Notes under the pieces: generated by a model | What the model was told of the DNA's origin: nothing | The model's database searches: none | The model's input: only the letters and a program-made list of their open reading frames with translations | Made by a program: the position numbers and the translations under genes | Part shown: piece after piece, positions 9,465 to 18,890 of the stretch | Layout: every line of letters starts with the position of its first letter | How positions within the stretch are numbered: position 1 is the first letter of the stretch | NCBI GenBank assembly: GCA_963678065.2 | Contig: CAXXVZ010000002.1 | Coordinates: forward strand, 416,001 to 480,000 | Source of the DNA: Treponemataceae bacterium | GTDB lineage: Bacteria > Spirochaetota > Spirochaetia > Treponematales > Rectinemataceae | DNA: 64,000 bases | Direction of reading: 5' to 3'

Positions 9465-10622
9465 TCATATCGCCACCTGCTCAATCAGGTCCGAAGGCAC
9501 GCTCATCGAAGGCAACTCCAGTCCATCGCAGAAGAAGTGGATCGATCCATCCAGCCACTTCGCGACAGTGACCTTTCTTTTCCGGTCCGTTTTGCCTCTA
9601 CCGCGGGAAATCAGGAGATGTCTGTATTTCTCGGGCTCCGGCAGATTTTCGACGCTGATTTCGCACTCCGTGCTGTAGCAGAAAATCCTGCGGAGGTCGG
9701 TGCCATCGAGTATCGGAACGTGGTAATCCTCGAGTCCCCGGGGTTTACCGGCTACAAGGGCGTTGAGCGAGACCACCTTCCGGCAGCGGAAAAAGATGTC
9801 GGTCTCAACAATGGATTCAGTTTGTGCGTCTTCCAGTGCCTTCTTCAGTTTCTCTATTTCACTTTCCATCCGGCGCGCGATGCATGTACTCTTTGCAGGG
9901 TTCAAGGGAAGAATATCGATTCCGAGTTTATCGCAGGCTTGGGCGAAAAAAGTGCGCTGCTCCAACCCCATCAATTCCTGTTCCAGGGTCAGATGGATCC
10001 GCTTATCGGTTATCAACGCTTTCTGACAGCAGAGCGAGACAGGTATCCCGTATCGTTCCAGCCATGCCCAAAGGAGTCGCATGGGAACTGAAATGCCCTT
10101 GTCGTGTTCGATCGCTGCCAGAGTTACTCCGGTATCGTCATCCTGGAGCAGATGGAGCGAGCAAATCGTCGCGTCTTTTTTGAGCCATTGTCCCTGGACG
10201 GCGAGGTGCACAAGGCATCGGCCGAACCCGCCGGCTTGCCCGACCTCCTGCCTTGCGTCGGTTCTCGATCGTTGTCCCATCCACAGACCCCGGGACATCA
10301 ACCATCGCCTCAGAGTCTCATGGTCGACGGCTATTCCCTGTGCGTTCAGGGTCTTGCAGAACTCCGTCGGACCCAAGCCTCTGTAGGGACCTGCATACTG
10401 CGAGAGCACCCATTCCTTGAAGGATCCCGCGTAGGACCTGTTCGATTGACGGCCTTTGTTTCGATGCTCGATACCCCGGGGTCCCTCTTCCAAATACCGT
10501 TTCCAGAGCCGGCGCATCTGCCTGTAGGAGAGATTGAGCTCGTCTGCGGCGGCACTCAGAGATTCTCTTCCGGCACGGACCTCTTCGAGAATCGTACACC
10601 GCAAATCCAAGGTTCCCCTCAT
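9465..10622 (-). CDS. Catalytically degenerate ISNCY/IS1202-like transposase derivative (intact HTH region, DDE motifs lost); candidate transcription factor
   Basis: The N-terminus 'LSYRQMRRLWKRY.EEG..G..H.NKGR.SNR' and 'GPT...HETLRRWL...GLW', and C-terminal 'D.H.P...DL..IFC' and 'V.KWLDGS.H' match this transposase family. The catalytic motif positions read HLAVQ, LCCQK and PAKSTCIARR. Confidence 0.8.
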   Translation of the reverse strand: MRGTLDLRCTILEEVRAGRESLSAAADELNLSYRQMRRLWKRYLEEGPRGIEHRNKGRQSNRSYAGSFKEWVLSQYAGPYRGLGPTEFCKTLNAQGIAVDHETLRRWLMSRGLWMGQRSRTDARQEVGQAGGFGRCLVHLAVQGQWLKKDATICSLHLLQDDDTGVTLAAIEHDKGISVPMRLLWAWLERYGIPVSLCCQKALITDKRIHLTLEQELMGLEQRTFFAQACDKLGIDILPLNPAKSTCIARRMESEIEKLKKALEDAQTESIVETDIFFRCRKVVSLNALVAGKPRGLEDYHVPILDGTDLRRIFCYSTECEISVENLPEPEKYRHLLISRGRGKTDRKRKVTVAKWLDGSIHFFCDGLELPSMSVPSDLIEQVAI

Positions 10623-10682
10623 TCAGTCACCTCCGATCTGGAGCAGGTAAGCAACCGGGTGCCAACATTTTTTGCACAAGGA

Positions 10683-10711
10683 ATGGTATGGCTGAATTTG
10701 TTGTTTGTCAA
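10683..10711 (-). promoter_or_regulatory. Sigma70 promoter of the transposase-derived gene and aor
   Basis: TTGACA-17-TACCAT on the minus strand; perfect SD GGAGGTGA just before ATG 10622. Confidence 0.7.
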
Positions 10712-10733
10712 TTGTTAATTGTTAACAATTGAC
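10707..10733. promoter_or_regulatory. Palindromic operator, GntR-like
   Basis: GTCAATTGTTAA-ttg-TTAACAATTGAC with perfect 12-bp arms; overlaps the -35 of the minus-strand promoter. Confidence 0.65.
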
Positions 10734-10782
10734 GTGTCCGTCTATTTGCAAGAACATTTGTTATACTTAAATAATAACCGAT

Positions 10783-10846
10783 TGACAGATCTAAAGAGTT
10801 TAATCAACAGCAAAAATTGACCGCGTAAGACTTTGATAGATAGCAT
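10783..10846 (+). promoter_or_regulatory. 18-bp directional site 1 plus promoter
   Basis: TGACAGATCTAAAGAGTT (10783-10800), then TTGACC (10817)-18-TAGCAT. Confidence 0.6.
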
Positions 10847-10882
10847 CTACCGTATTTGAAAGATCGTCATCAGGAGGCGTGT

Positions 10883-12190
10883 ATGAAGAGATCACTTTTC
10901 TTGGCTTTTGCCGCGATCATGTTCTTCTCGTTGATATCCGATATCACGGCGCAGTCGGCGAAAAAAGTCGCACTGACCTGGTGGGTGTATCCCCGCTTTA
11001 CGACCGCGGGCAAGGACCCCGGCGTCTACGAGCAGGAGATCGCCGACCGGTACTGCAAGGAGAATCCGAACGTCTCCATAAAGGTCGAGGCGCTCTCCTA
11101 CAACGGCGGGCCAGCCAAGGTCAATGTCGCGATCGCCACAGACTCCATGCCAGACTTGCTGATCGACGATCCGATCCGGCTCATCGCGGACTATGCGGCC
11201 CGGGGCGCCCTCGTTCCGATGGACGATGTCATCGACTTGAAGACCATCCAGCCCGGCTTCCTCGCGGACTGCTACATGGATGGCAAGATGTATATGTACC
11301 CAATTTCGGCGCTATGCTACTGCGTCGGCGTAAACAAAACAGCCTTCGAGAAGGCCAAGGCCCTCGACAAGTTGCCGCTAAACAGGCCTGATCGCAGCTG
11401 GACCTTCGACGAGTACACGAAGGCCCTCGAGGCCGTCAAAGGCTTGCCGGGCATGTACGCGACCGCCTTGTGGGCGGGGAACGAGCAGGGAGACTCCGCC
11501 GGGAGGCTGCTCGTCCAGAACTGGGGCGCGCAGCTCTTCTCTGCCGGCAACAAGCGCATCACCCTGAACGACGCGGCGGGCGTCAAGGGCATGGAGTGGC
11601 TCCTCAGTCTGAAGACGAAGGGACTGCTGGCGCCCGGCGTCGAGAGCCTGACCATGACGGACATGATCGACCTCTTCAACCAGGGGCGAGTCGCCGTTGG
11701 AACCTACTATTCGTCCGACCAATACGCGGTGCTCCTGGGCATGCAGAAGGAGAAGAAGGCCGCCGATTTCGAGCTGGTCTTCTTCCCCTATCCGACGGCG
11801 CCAGGGGTCAAGTCTGTGACCACCCTCGCGCAGACCGGGATCTCCGTGTTCAAGAACACCGATCCCGACAAGATCGCGGCGGCGAAGAAGTTCGCGAAAT
11901 GGGTCTGCACGACACCCGATATCGTCGCGATGTCGCAGGGACATATCCCCGCGGTCAAAGGCCTGCCCGCCCTTGGCGATACCAAGAACTGGTCCGAGCT
12001 CAAACTCATGGAGAAGTGGGGCGCCGCGAACTCAGTCTATTCCGGTCGCACGCTGAAGGGATTGTCCGAGATCAGGACCTTCTGGTTCCCGAATCTCCAA
12101 GCTATGTTCACCGGCGCGAAGACCCCCAAGCAGGCCCTCGACGACTTCGTGACAAGCGCGAACAAGGTGATGGAGAAGTATTACCCGTAA
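10883..12190 (+). CDS. Carbohydrate ABC transporter substrate-binding protein (CUT1)
   Basis: Signal peptide; SBP_bac_1-like 'MPDLL' and 'DGKMYMYP'; AGGAGG RBS. Confidence 0.9.
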   Translation: MKRSLFLAFAAIMFFSLISDITAQSAKKVALTWWVYPRFTTAGKDPGVYEQEIADRYCKENPNVSIKVEALSYNGGPAKVNVAIATDSMPDLLIDDPIRLIADYAARGALVPMDDVIDLKTIQPGFLADCYMDGKMYMYPISALCYCVGVNKTAFEKAKALDKLPLNRPDRSWTFDEYTKALEAVKGLPGMYATALWAGNEQGDSAGRLLVQNWGAQLFSAGNKRITLNDAAGVKGMEWLLSLKTKGLLAPGVESLTMTDMIDLFNQGRVAVGTYYSSDQYAVLLGMQKEKKAADFELVFFPYPTAPGVKSVTTLAQTGISVFKNTDPDKIAAAKKFAKWVCTTPDIVAMSQGHIPAVKGLPALGDTKNWSELKLMEKWGAANSVYSGRTLKGLSEIRTFWFPNLQAMFTGAKTPKQALDDFVTSANKVMEKYYP

Positions 12191-12213
12191 GTGCTTTCGA
12201 CGATCGCTGGCAT

Positions 12214-12269
12214 CGTACCCGGCGCCGAACCCTGTTTGCCGCAAGGCTGCGAGGGGGGCGCCGGGTACG
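12214..12269. other. GC-rich hairpin downstream of the SBP gene
   Basis: 13-bp arms CGTACCCGGCGCC ... GGCGCCGGGTACG. Confidence 0.5.
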
Positions 12270-12488
12270 CTCGTTCCGCGCAGCCCTCGAGCGGGGAAGT
12301 GCCTATGACATCGAGGGAGAGGGACAGCGCGCCCGGGCGCATGGCTCGCTTGAAAAGGCTTGAGAGCGCCTGCGGAAAGGGTCGCTCGGGACATACGGCA
12401 TTTTCGCGGGGCACACGAACCCGAGGGCTCTACGAGTCCGGAATGCTCCGCAAGCCCTCCGCGCCCGTCCGCCGCATGATCGGCGCGA

Positions 12489-12550
12489 TGACATTTCTAA
12501 AGAGCAGATGAGCCTGTCGCTTTGGCATATCCATGGGATTGCCCTATAGT
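12489..12550 (+). promoter_or_regulatory. 18-bp directional site 2 plus internal promoter
   Basis: TGACATTTCTAAAGAGCA (12489-12506), then TTGGCA (12522)-17-TATAGT. Confidence 0.7.
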
Positions 12551-12593
12551 GTGCCTGTCCAGAATGCCAGCGAAGCCGACGAGGAGCCAGCGG

Positions 12594-13478
12594 GTGCGTG
12601 AAAGAAAAGCGCGCGTCACGGGCAAGGAGATCGCGGCCGGCTATATCTTCGTCCTGCCGGCACTGCTATTCTTTCTTGTCTTTCAGATTTATCCCCTCTT
12701 CCGAACCGTGGCCCTGAGCCTCATGGAATACGCCGGCAAGTCCTTCCGTTTCGTCGGCCTCCAGAACTACCGCGACCTCGCCGCGAATCCCGTCTTCCTG
12801 AAATCGATCATCAACTCGACCCTCTTCGTCGTCCTGAACGTGCCTGTAATCATCGTTTTCGCCCTCGCCATTTCCTTCTTCATCTACCGCAAGTCGACAA
12901 GGTCACTCGGGTTCTACCGCATCGCCTTCTACCTTCCCTCGGTCGCGTCGATCGTCACGATCTGCATTGTCTGGAAGAACATGCTGAACCCGATAATGGG
13001 CCTGATCAACTATCTGACCGGCAGGATGGGAATACCGCCCATCAACTGGCTCGGGAGCAATTACGCCCTGGGTACCCTCTCCCTCATACTCTTCTCGATC
13101 AACGTCGGTATGTCGATCATTCTCTACATCGCCGCGATGCAGGGAATCTCTCACGAGATAACCGAAGCGGCGCTGATCGACGGCGCGAACAAGTGGACCC
13201 TCTTCGTGAGAATCATCATCCCTCTCGTGGGGCCGACGACGCTATTTGTCATAGTCATCAACACGATCAACCTCTTTCAGTCATTCGCCCTCGTGAATCT
13301 CATGACCAAGGGCGGTCCCTTCTATTCCACGACGACGATCGTATTCCAGCTCTACGAGACGGCTTTCGGACTCCAGAAATTCGGACTCGCCTCGGCGATG
13401 GGCATCTGTCTCGGAGTGATCATATCGCTTGTTTCGGTATTCCAGTTCAAGATCGCCGACAGGACCACAGGGTCCTGA
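12594..13478 (+). CDS. Carbohydrate ABC permease
   Basis: EAA motif 'EAALIDGA'; GTG start after GAGGAG (start uncertain). Confidence 0.9.
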   Translation: MRERKARVTGKEIAAGYIFVLPALLFFLVFQIYPLFRTVALSLMEYAGKSFRFVGLQNYRDLAANPVFLKSIINSTLFVVLNVPVIIVFALAISFFIYRKSTRSLGFYRIAFYLPSVASIVTICIVWKNMLNPIMGLINYLTGRMGIPPINWLGSNYALGTLSLILFSINVGMSIILYIAAMQGISHEITEAALIDGANKWTLFVRIIIPLVGPTTLFVIVINTINLFQSFALVNLMTKGGPFYSTTTIVFQLYETAFGLQKFGLASAMGICLGVIISLVSVFQFKIADRTTGS

Positions 13479-13500
13479 TCCGGTGGAAGGGAAAAGCCTC

Positions 13501-14349
13501 ATGCGCCAGGTACACGGAACGATAGACGGGACACGATGGAAGATCGCCGAGCGGGTCACCTCGGCGCTGATTTTCATTATCGCGCTGCTCTTCCTGTTCC
13601 CCTTCTACTGGACCTTGACGGGCGGGTTCAAGACTCGCTTTGACCTCATGGGCTTCGTCCCGCAATGGTTCCCCCTGCACCCGACGCTCGACAACTTCAC
13701 CAAGATATTCTCGAAGACCGGCGGACGCTGGCTCTTCAACAGCGTAGTCATGGCCAGTTCCTACACATTCCTGACGGTCCTCGTGTGCACGATGGCAGGC
13801 TACTCCCTCGCGAAGAAGCGCTTCCCGGGCAGGCAGATGATCTTCTGGATGTTCATCATGGTGATGGCGATACCGAAGAACACCATGCTCGTCCCCCTCT
13901 TCCTCCTCATAAAGGACCTCAGGATCGTGGACAACTATCTCGGCGTGATCCTTCCCTTCATAGCATGGCCCTTCGGCATATTCCTGATGAGGCAGTTCAC
14001 GCAGACCCTTCCCGACGAGCTCTTCGACGCAGCGAAGATAGACGGAGCTTCCGAATATTATATCTTCGTCAAGATAGTCGTTCCCCTCGTCGTTCCGGGG
14101 ATTATAAGTCTCTCGGTCTTTGCCTTCAGGGACAGCTGGAACGACTACTTCTGGCAACTCATCGCCCTGTCCCGCGGATCGATGAAGACTCTGCCATTGG
14201 GTATAGCGGCCATGATGGACGAGACTTTCGTCGAATACGGAATGCTCATGGCGGGGAGCGTTGTCGCCTCTCTTCCGATCATCATTGTCTTCCTCGTCTT
14301 CCAGAGGTATTTCACGGCGGGCATCGCGATGAGTGCCGTCAAAGGTTGA
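13501..14349 (+). CDS. Carbohydrate ABC permease
   Basis: 'DAAKIDGA', 'WNDYFW', C-terminal 'AVKG'. Confidence 0.9.
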   Translation: MRQVHGTIDGTRWKIAERVTSALIFIIALLFLFPFYWTLTGGFKTRFDLMGFVPQWFPLHPTLDNFTKIFSKTGGRWLFNSVVMASSYTFLTVLVCTMAGYSLAKKRFPGRQMIFWMFIMVMAIPKNTMLVPLFLLIKDLRIVDNYLGVILPFIAWPFGIFLMRQFTQTLPDELFDAAKIDGASEYYIFVKIVVPLVVPGIISLSVFAFRDSWNDYFWQLIALSRGSMKTLPLGIAAMMDETFVEYGMLMAGSVVASLPIIIVFLVFQRYFTAGIAMSAVKG

Positions 14350-14629
14350 AAGCAGCTCATCGCTCCGAGGGGCCCATCCTGCCCGGCGAAGGATCGCTCC
14401 GGCGAGCCAGGAGGATGCGCATAGTCACCATGCGCCACGAGGAGGACAGCCTCCCTGTCCGCGACCTCGCCCGAAGTCTCCGGAAGCGACATGAAGAATA
14501 TGAGTTCGCTCAACGGCCTCGGACGCGAAGTCGATTGCCAGAGGCGATGAGACAGTCGAAGCGGGTTAGCCGGTTCGGCACTCGTTCCCGTCTTCGCGGA
14601 TATGATGCAAGTGCATTTGGAGGTGGAAA

Positions 14630-15838
14630 ATGAAGGTATCAGGACTTGAGACGATCAGGCTCGGGGAATTCCCCAGCATCCTTTTTCTCCGGGTTCACAC
14701 GGATGAAGGCCTCATCGGCCTCGGCGAGAACTGCGTCGGCGTGGAGGCTGTCGAAGCCTTCATCCACGAAACGATCGCGCCGCGCATCCTGGGGAAGGAT
14801 CCCCTCGCGATTACGGCGATACACGAATCCCTTCACCAGGACTTCATAGGATTCGCCGGTTCCTCGGCCGCGGTGCGTGGCGCATCGAGCCTGGACATAG
14901 CCTTGTGGGACATTCTGGGACAGGCGACATCCTGTCCGATCTACCAACTCCTGGGCGGCAAGGTCCGCGACCGCATCCGCGTCTACAACACCTGCGCAGG
15001 CTCCGCCTACGCGCGCGGCTCGTCGAATATAGACCGGAACAGGAAAGCCCAGATCGGCACGCCGACAGGCGTGGATTTCGAGGACTTGATAGGTTTCATC
15101 AATTCGCCCGACGAGCTTGTGGCCAGCCTGAAATCTATGGGCATGACGGCGATGAAGATCTGGCCATTCGACGAGGCGGCGATGCGCTCGGGCGGGCAGA
15201 CGATTTACAAATCGGACCTGCGCGACGGCGTGGACATCTTCCGCAGGGCGCGCGAGGCCGCAGGTCCGGATTTCGACATCATGCTCGAGATGCATTCGCT
15301 CTGGTCCTGTCCGGCGGCCACGATGATCGCGGGGGCGGTCTCCGAATACTCGCCATTCTGGATAGAGGACGCGCTGCGGCACGAAAGCACCGAGGCGCTG
15401 GTCCGGTTCAAGCGCTCAACCTCCATCCCGGTGACAGTTGGGGAGACGACCGGCACGAGGTGGGACTATCATCGCCTGCTCTCCTCCCGGGCGGTGGATC
15501 ATGTGATGTTCGATCCTGGTTGGGTGGGGGGTATCACCGAGGCGGTGAAGGTCATCGCGCTCGCGTCGACCTACGGTGTTCCGGTCGCGCCGCACGACTG
15601 CACGGGTCCCGTCGTGCTCACGGTAGGCACCCACCTGGGAATCGCGTCCCCGACCATCGAACTTCAGGAAATGGTGCGCAATTTCTATTTCGGCTGGTAC
15701 GCCGATATGCTGACGGAGCTCCCGGCCTATTCGGACGGCCACATCTCCCCCCCATCCGGGCCCGGGCTGGGCACCGCCCTGCAGCCAGGGATAAGCGAAC
15801 GGAGCGACGCGATCGTGCGGTGGAGCAGGCTTGGGTGA
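14630..15838 (+). CDS. Mandelate racemase/enolase superfamily acid-sugar dehydratase
   Basis: 'DIALWDILG...PIYQLLGG', 'MKIWPFD', metal ligands E/E/E, 'PHDCTGP'. Confidence 0.9.
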   Translation: MKVSGLETIRLGEFPSILFLRVHTDEGLIGLGENCVGVEAVEAFIHETIAPRILGKDPLAITAIHESLHQDFIGFAGSSAAVRGASSLDIALWDILGQATSCPIYQLLGGKVRDRIRVYNTCAGSAYARGSSNIDRNRKAQIGTPTGVDFEDLIGFINSPDELVASLKSMGMTAMKIWPFDEAAMRSGGQTIYKSDLRDGVDIFRRAREAAGPDFDIMLEMHSLWSCPAATMIAGAVSEYSPFWIEDALRHESTEALVRFKRSTSIPVTVGETTGTRWDYHRLLSSRAVDHVMFDPGWVGGITEAVKVIALASTYGVPVAPHDCTGPVVLTVGTHLGIASPTIELQEMVRNFYFGWYADMLTELPAYSDGHISPPSGPGLGTALQPGISERSDAIVRWSRLG

Positions 15839-15910
15839 GAAACCCGCGCGGCGAAGACCGCGCGGCACTCCGGCGACACTGGTACAAGGATGGGGATCAG
15901 GAAGCCCCGC

Positions 15911-16963
15911 TCATCTTCCCAACCCCTCCTCGAACATGGCGACGGCGTTTCCCATCGGCGTGTCCAGTTCGAGAAAGTGGGTAGGCGCGAGGATGTAGCC
16001 CGAGCCGCCCGAAGCGGCCACGATGCGTCGCGTTTCCTTTCGGACCTCATCGGGATTCCCGTGGGCCAATATGCTCTGGAGGCCTACCATACCGTGAAAA
16101 ACGATATGCCTCCCGAAATCCCTGAACAGCCCTCCGGCGTCCATACCCTCGGCCTCTACCTGTACGGCCTGGTAGATATCGAGACCCAGATCGATCCAAT
16201 GGGGGATGTGGGCGCGGTTCGATCCGCAGGAGTGGAGCATCACTTTCGCGCCATATTTGTGGCCAAGGTCGATGAAAGCCCTGAGCTTGGGCGCGAAGAC
16301 TGTTTTCCACGAATCTATGTTCATGAGGGGTCCGTTCTGGGTTCCGTAGTCGTCGCCAATCCAGAGCACGTCGATCTTGCCATTGGCCTTTCGCAGCGCC
16401 CGTTCGGCGACTTCGAGGAGTATCTCCTGCCGTTTCTCCAGGAGGGCGAGTCCCACCGGATCTTCGAGGGCTATATCGACGAGGACTTGCTCCATGCCCC
16501 GTCCGAAGGATGTGCCATTGATGAGGTCCATTATTCCTGGATGGCCAAACACGACGACATACTTGTCGCGGATGCGGTCGCAGCGGCTCTCAATGTCCGA
16601 AAAGTCAAAAAGGTCGGGCGAGGGCCACGGATACGCCTCGACCTCGTCCATGGACGAGATGTCCGCGAAAGGCCGATACTCGACCTCATCGTAGGTTCCA
16701 TAGATGTTGACGACGGGACGGCGACGGACTCCCCACATGTCCGTGAAGAAACCGCGCTCATCCTTTTCATAAGGAGCGCGGAAGTCGTGATGCATGAGGT
16801 GGCGGAAGTCTATGTCGAGGAGCTCAAGAGCCTCGTCGTAGCTGCCGGCCCCGAGGTGGCGGACGAGGCGCTCGGGAACTTGTCCCTCGGCGATGCAATC
16901 GATGGGCGGCCTGTCACAGCGTTCATGCTTCATCGTCGCCTCGAAACGCGAGCGGTGAGTCAT
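15911..16963 (-). CDS. Uroporphyrinogen decarboxylase/MtaA-CmuA family protein
   Basis: 'GDDYGTQNG', 'HSCG', 'GYILAPTH'. Confidence 0.85.
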   Translation of the reverse strand: MTHRSRFEATMKHERCDRPPIDCIAEGQVPERLVRHLGAGSYDEALELLDIDFRHLMHHDFRAPYEKDERGFFTDMWGVRRRPVVNIYGTYDEVEYRPFADISSMDEVEAYPWPSPDLFDFSDIESRCDRIRDKYVVVFGHPGIMDLINGTSFGRGMEQVLVDIALEDPVGLALLEKRQEILLEVAERALRKANGKIDVLWIGDDYGTQNGPLMNIDSWKTVFAPKLRAFIDLGHKYGAKVMLHSCGSNRAHIPHWIDLGLDIYQAVQVEAEGMDAGGLFRDFGRHIVFHGMVGLQSILAHGNPDEVRKETRRIVAASGGSGYILAPTHFLELDTPMGNAVAMFEEGLGR

Positions 16964-17997
16964 CGTTGAATCCGCCCCTCTGTCTCGCCGGCCGCCAGGG
17001 CGCGAACTTCGTCGAGCGAACAGAGATTGAAGTCGCCGGGAATCGAGTGTTTGAGGCAGGAGGCGGCTACGGCGAACTCGATGCAGTCCTGGAAGGAAAG
17101 CCCCGAGAGCATCGAGTAGATCAGACCGCCGGAGAAGGAATCCCCTCCGCCGACCCTGTCCACGATCGGTTCGATCATGTATTTCCTGCTCGAATAAACA
17201 GTTCTTCCATCGCAGAGCATGCCGCTCCAGCCATTCGCGGAGGCCGAGATGCTCTGTCTGAGCGTGGTCGCGACTGACTTGAATCCGAACTTCGCGGCGA
17301 GGCGCTTCGCGAGTTCGGCATAGGACTCTTCGGGGAGCAGACCCTTCGAGGAATCGCTGCTTTCGGCCTTCATGCCGAAGACTTTCTCGGCGTCCTCCTC
17401 GTTGCCGATGAGAACATCGACACGCTCCATGATGCCGGGCATGATGCGCTGGGCTTCCTGCGGCGACCAGAGCTTGGCGCGGTAGTTGAGGTCACAGCTG
17501 ACGGTGAGGCCGGCAGCCTTGGCCGCGACCAGGGCTTCGGATAGCCGCGCCCGCGGCTTCTCTCCGAGGGCGGGCAGTGTTCCCGAGAAGTGGAACCAGT
17601 CCTTGCCGGCGCATATCTCGTCCCAGTCGTAGTCTCCCGGACCCGAATCGCAGATGGCGCTCCGGGAGCGGTCGTATATGATCTTGGAGGGCCGCTGAGC
17701 CGCGCCGGTCTCGAGGTAGAAGAGGCCGAGTCGTTCACCGCCCCTCGCCACGTGGTCGACATTGACTCTGAAACGGGAGAGGTAGTCCAGACAGGCCTGT
17801 CCTATCTCGTTCGCGGGAACCTTGGAGACCACATAGGCCTCCATGCCGAAGTTGACAAGCGATACCGCGGCGTTCGCTTCAGCCCCCGTGTAGCGGACAT
17901 CGAAACTGTTCGCCTGGACGAAACGCTCGACGCCGGGCGGCGCGAGTCTGAGGAGGAGTTCTCCGAAGGTGACGATTTTCTTCTTGTCCGTGTCCAT
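16960..17997 (-). CDS. kdgK: 2-keto-3-deoxygluconate kinase (PfkB family)
   Basis: 'FGELLLRL', 'DLNYR', 'DRVGGGDSF'; AGGAGA RBS. Confidence 0.85.
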   Translation of the reverse strand: MDTDKKKIVTFGELLLRLAPPGVERFVQANSFDVRYTGAEANAAVSLVNFGMEAYVVSKVPANEIGQACLDYLSRFRVNVDHVARGGERLGLFYLETGAAQRPSKIIYDRSRSAICDSGPGDYDWDEICAGKDWFHFSGTLPALGEKPRARLSEALVAAKAAGLTVSCDLNYRAKLWSPQEAQRIMPGIMERVDVLIGNEEDAEKVFGMKAESSDSSKGLLPEESYAELAKRLAAKFGFKSVATTLRQSISASANGWSGMLCDGRTVYSSRKYMIEPIVDRVGGGDSFSGGLIYSMLSGLSFQDCIEFAVAASCLKHSIPGDFNLCSLDEVRALAAGETEGRIQR

Positions 17998-18044
17998 CCC
18001 GTTCTCCTGTGTTCGAGCCCGCCCGGCGGATGTCCGCTCGGACA

Positions 18045-18890
18045 TCATTGTTTCACGGCTCCCGCGGTCAGCCCGGCGGTTATCTGCTTCGCGGCGACGA
18101 AATACATGACAGTCACCGGGACGCTTGCGATCATGGAAGCGGCAAACAACCTTCCCCAGGCCACCTGGTCGCCGATTATCAGGTCGGCTATCGCGAGCAT
18201 GACTGTGAAGCGTTTCTGGCTGTTGATGAGGATGAAGGCCATGAGATAGTCGTTCCAGACTCTGGTGAAGGTGTAGATGGCCGTGGCCACGATCCCCGGC
18301 GCCGCCACCGGAACGATAATCTTCATGATAATTGTAAATCGCGAGTAGCCATCGAGGAGAGCCGCTTCCTCGAGCTCGCGTGGGATGCTCTTGAGATACG
18401 TGATGAATATCCAGGTCGCATATGGAATGGATAGCACAGGATATACGAAGAACAGGGACCCGGTGGTATTGCTGATGCCGAGTTTGGACAAGAGGACGTA
18501 GAAGGGGATGAACAGCATGAACAGTGGTATGAGGTAGGTGAAGAGCACGAACTGGGCCATGATCATCTTGCCCCTCATCTTCTGCCTGCCGATCGCGTAG
18601 CCAGCGAGAAGGCTCACGAAAATCGTGATGAAGGTCGAGCCTCCGGAAATGTAAATGGAATTGAGCAGGCTGCGCATGAAAGCGCCGTTGGTCAGTATCC
18701 AGGCATAATGATCGAAAATGACCTTTCCGGGCCAGAAGGTCGGGATCCTGCCGATTATCTCCCTCGTGGGCTTGAGTGACGATATTGCCAGCCAGTAGAT
18801 GGGGAAGAGCGTCCAGATCAGGAGCATCAGGGCGAAGAAGTAGATTGCCAGGAGCCGCAGTTTCCTGTACAAGGCACCCCTGTCGATCAT
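18045..18890 (-). CDS. Carbohydrate ABC permease
   Basis: 'EEAALLDG', 'WNDYL'. Confidence 0.9.
   Translation of the reverse strand: MIDRGALYRKLRLLAIYFFALMLLIWTLFPIYWLAISSLKPTREIIGRIPTFWPGKVIFDHYAWILTNGAFMRSLLNSIYISGGSTFITIFVSLLAGYAIGRQKMRGKMIMAQFVLFTYLIPLFMLFIPFYVLLSKLGISNTTGSLFFVYPVLSIPYATWIFITYLKSIPRELEEAALLDGYSRFTIIMKIIVPVAAPGIVATAIYTFTRVWNDYLMAFILINSQKRFTVMLAIADLIIGDQVAWGRLFAASMIASVPVTVMYFVAAKQITAGLTAGAVKQ

Noticed and set aside
9465..10622. Active insertion sequence
   Set aside because: No terminal repeats or target duplication flank the ORF, and the catalytic motifs are lost.
14415..14633. 72-aa ORF before the dehydratase gene
   Set aside because: Poor RBS spacing, Arg-rich composition and no recognisable domain.
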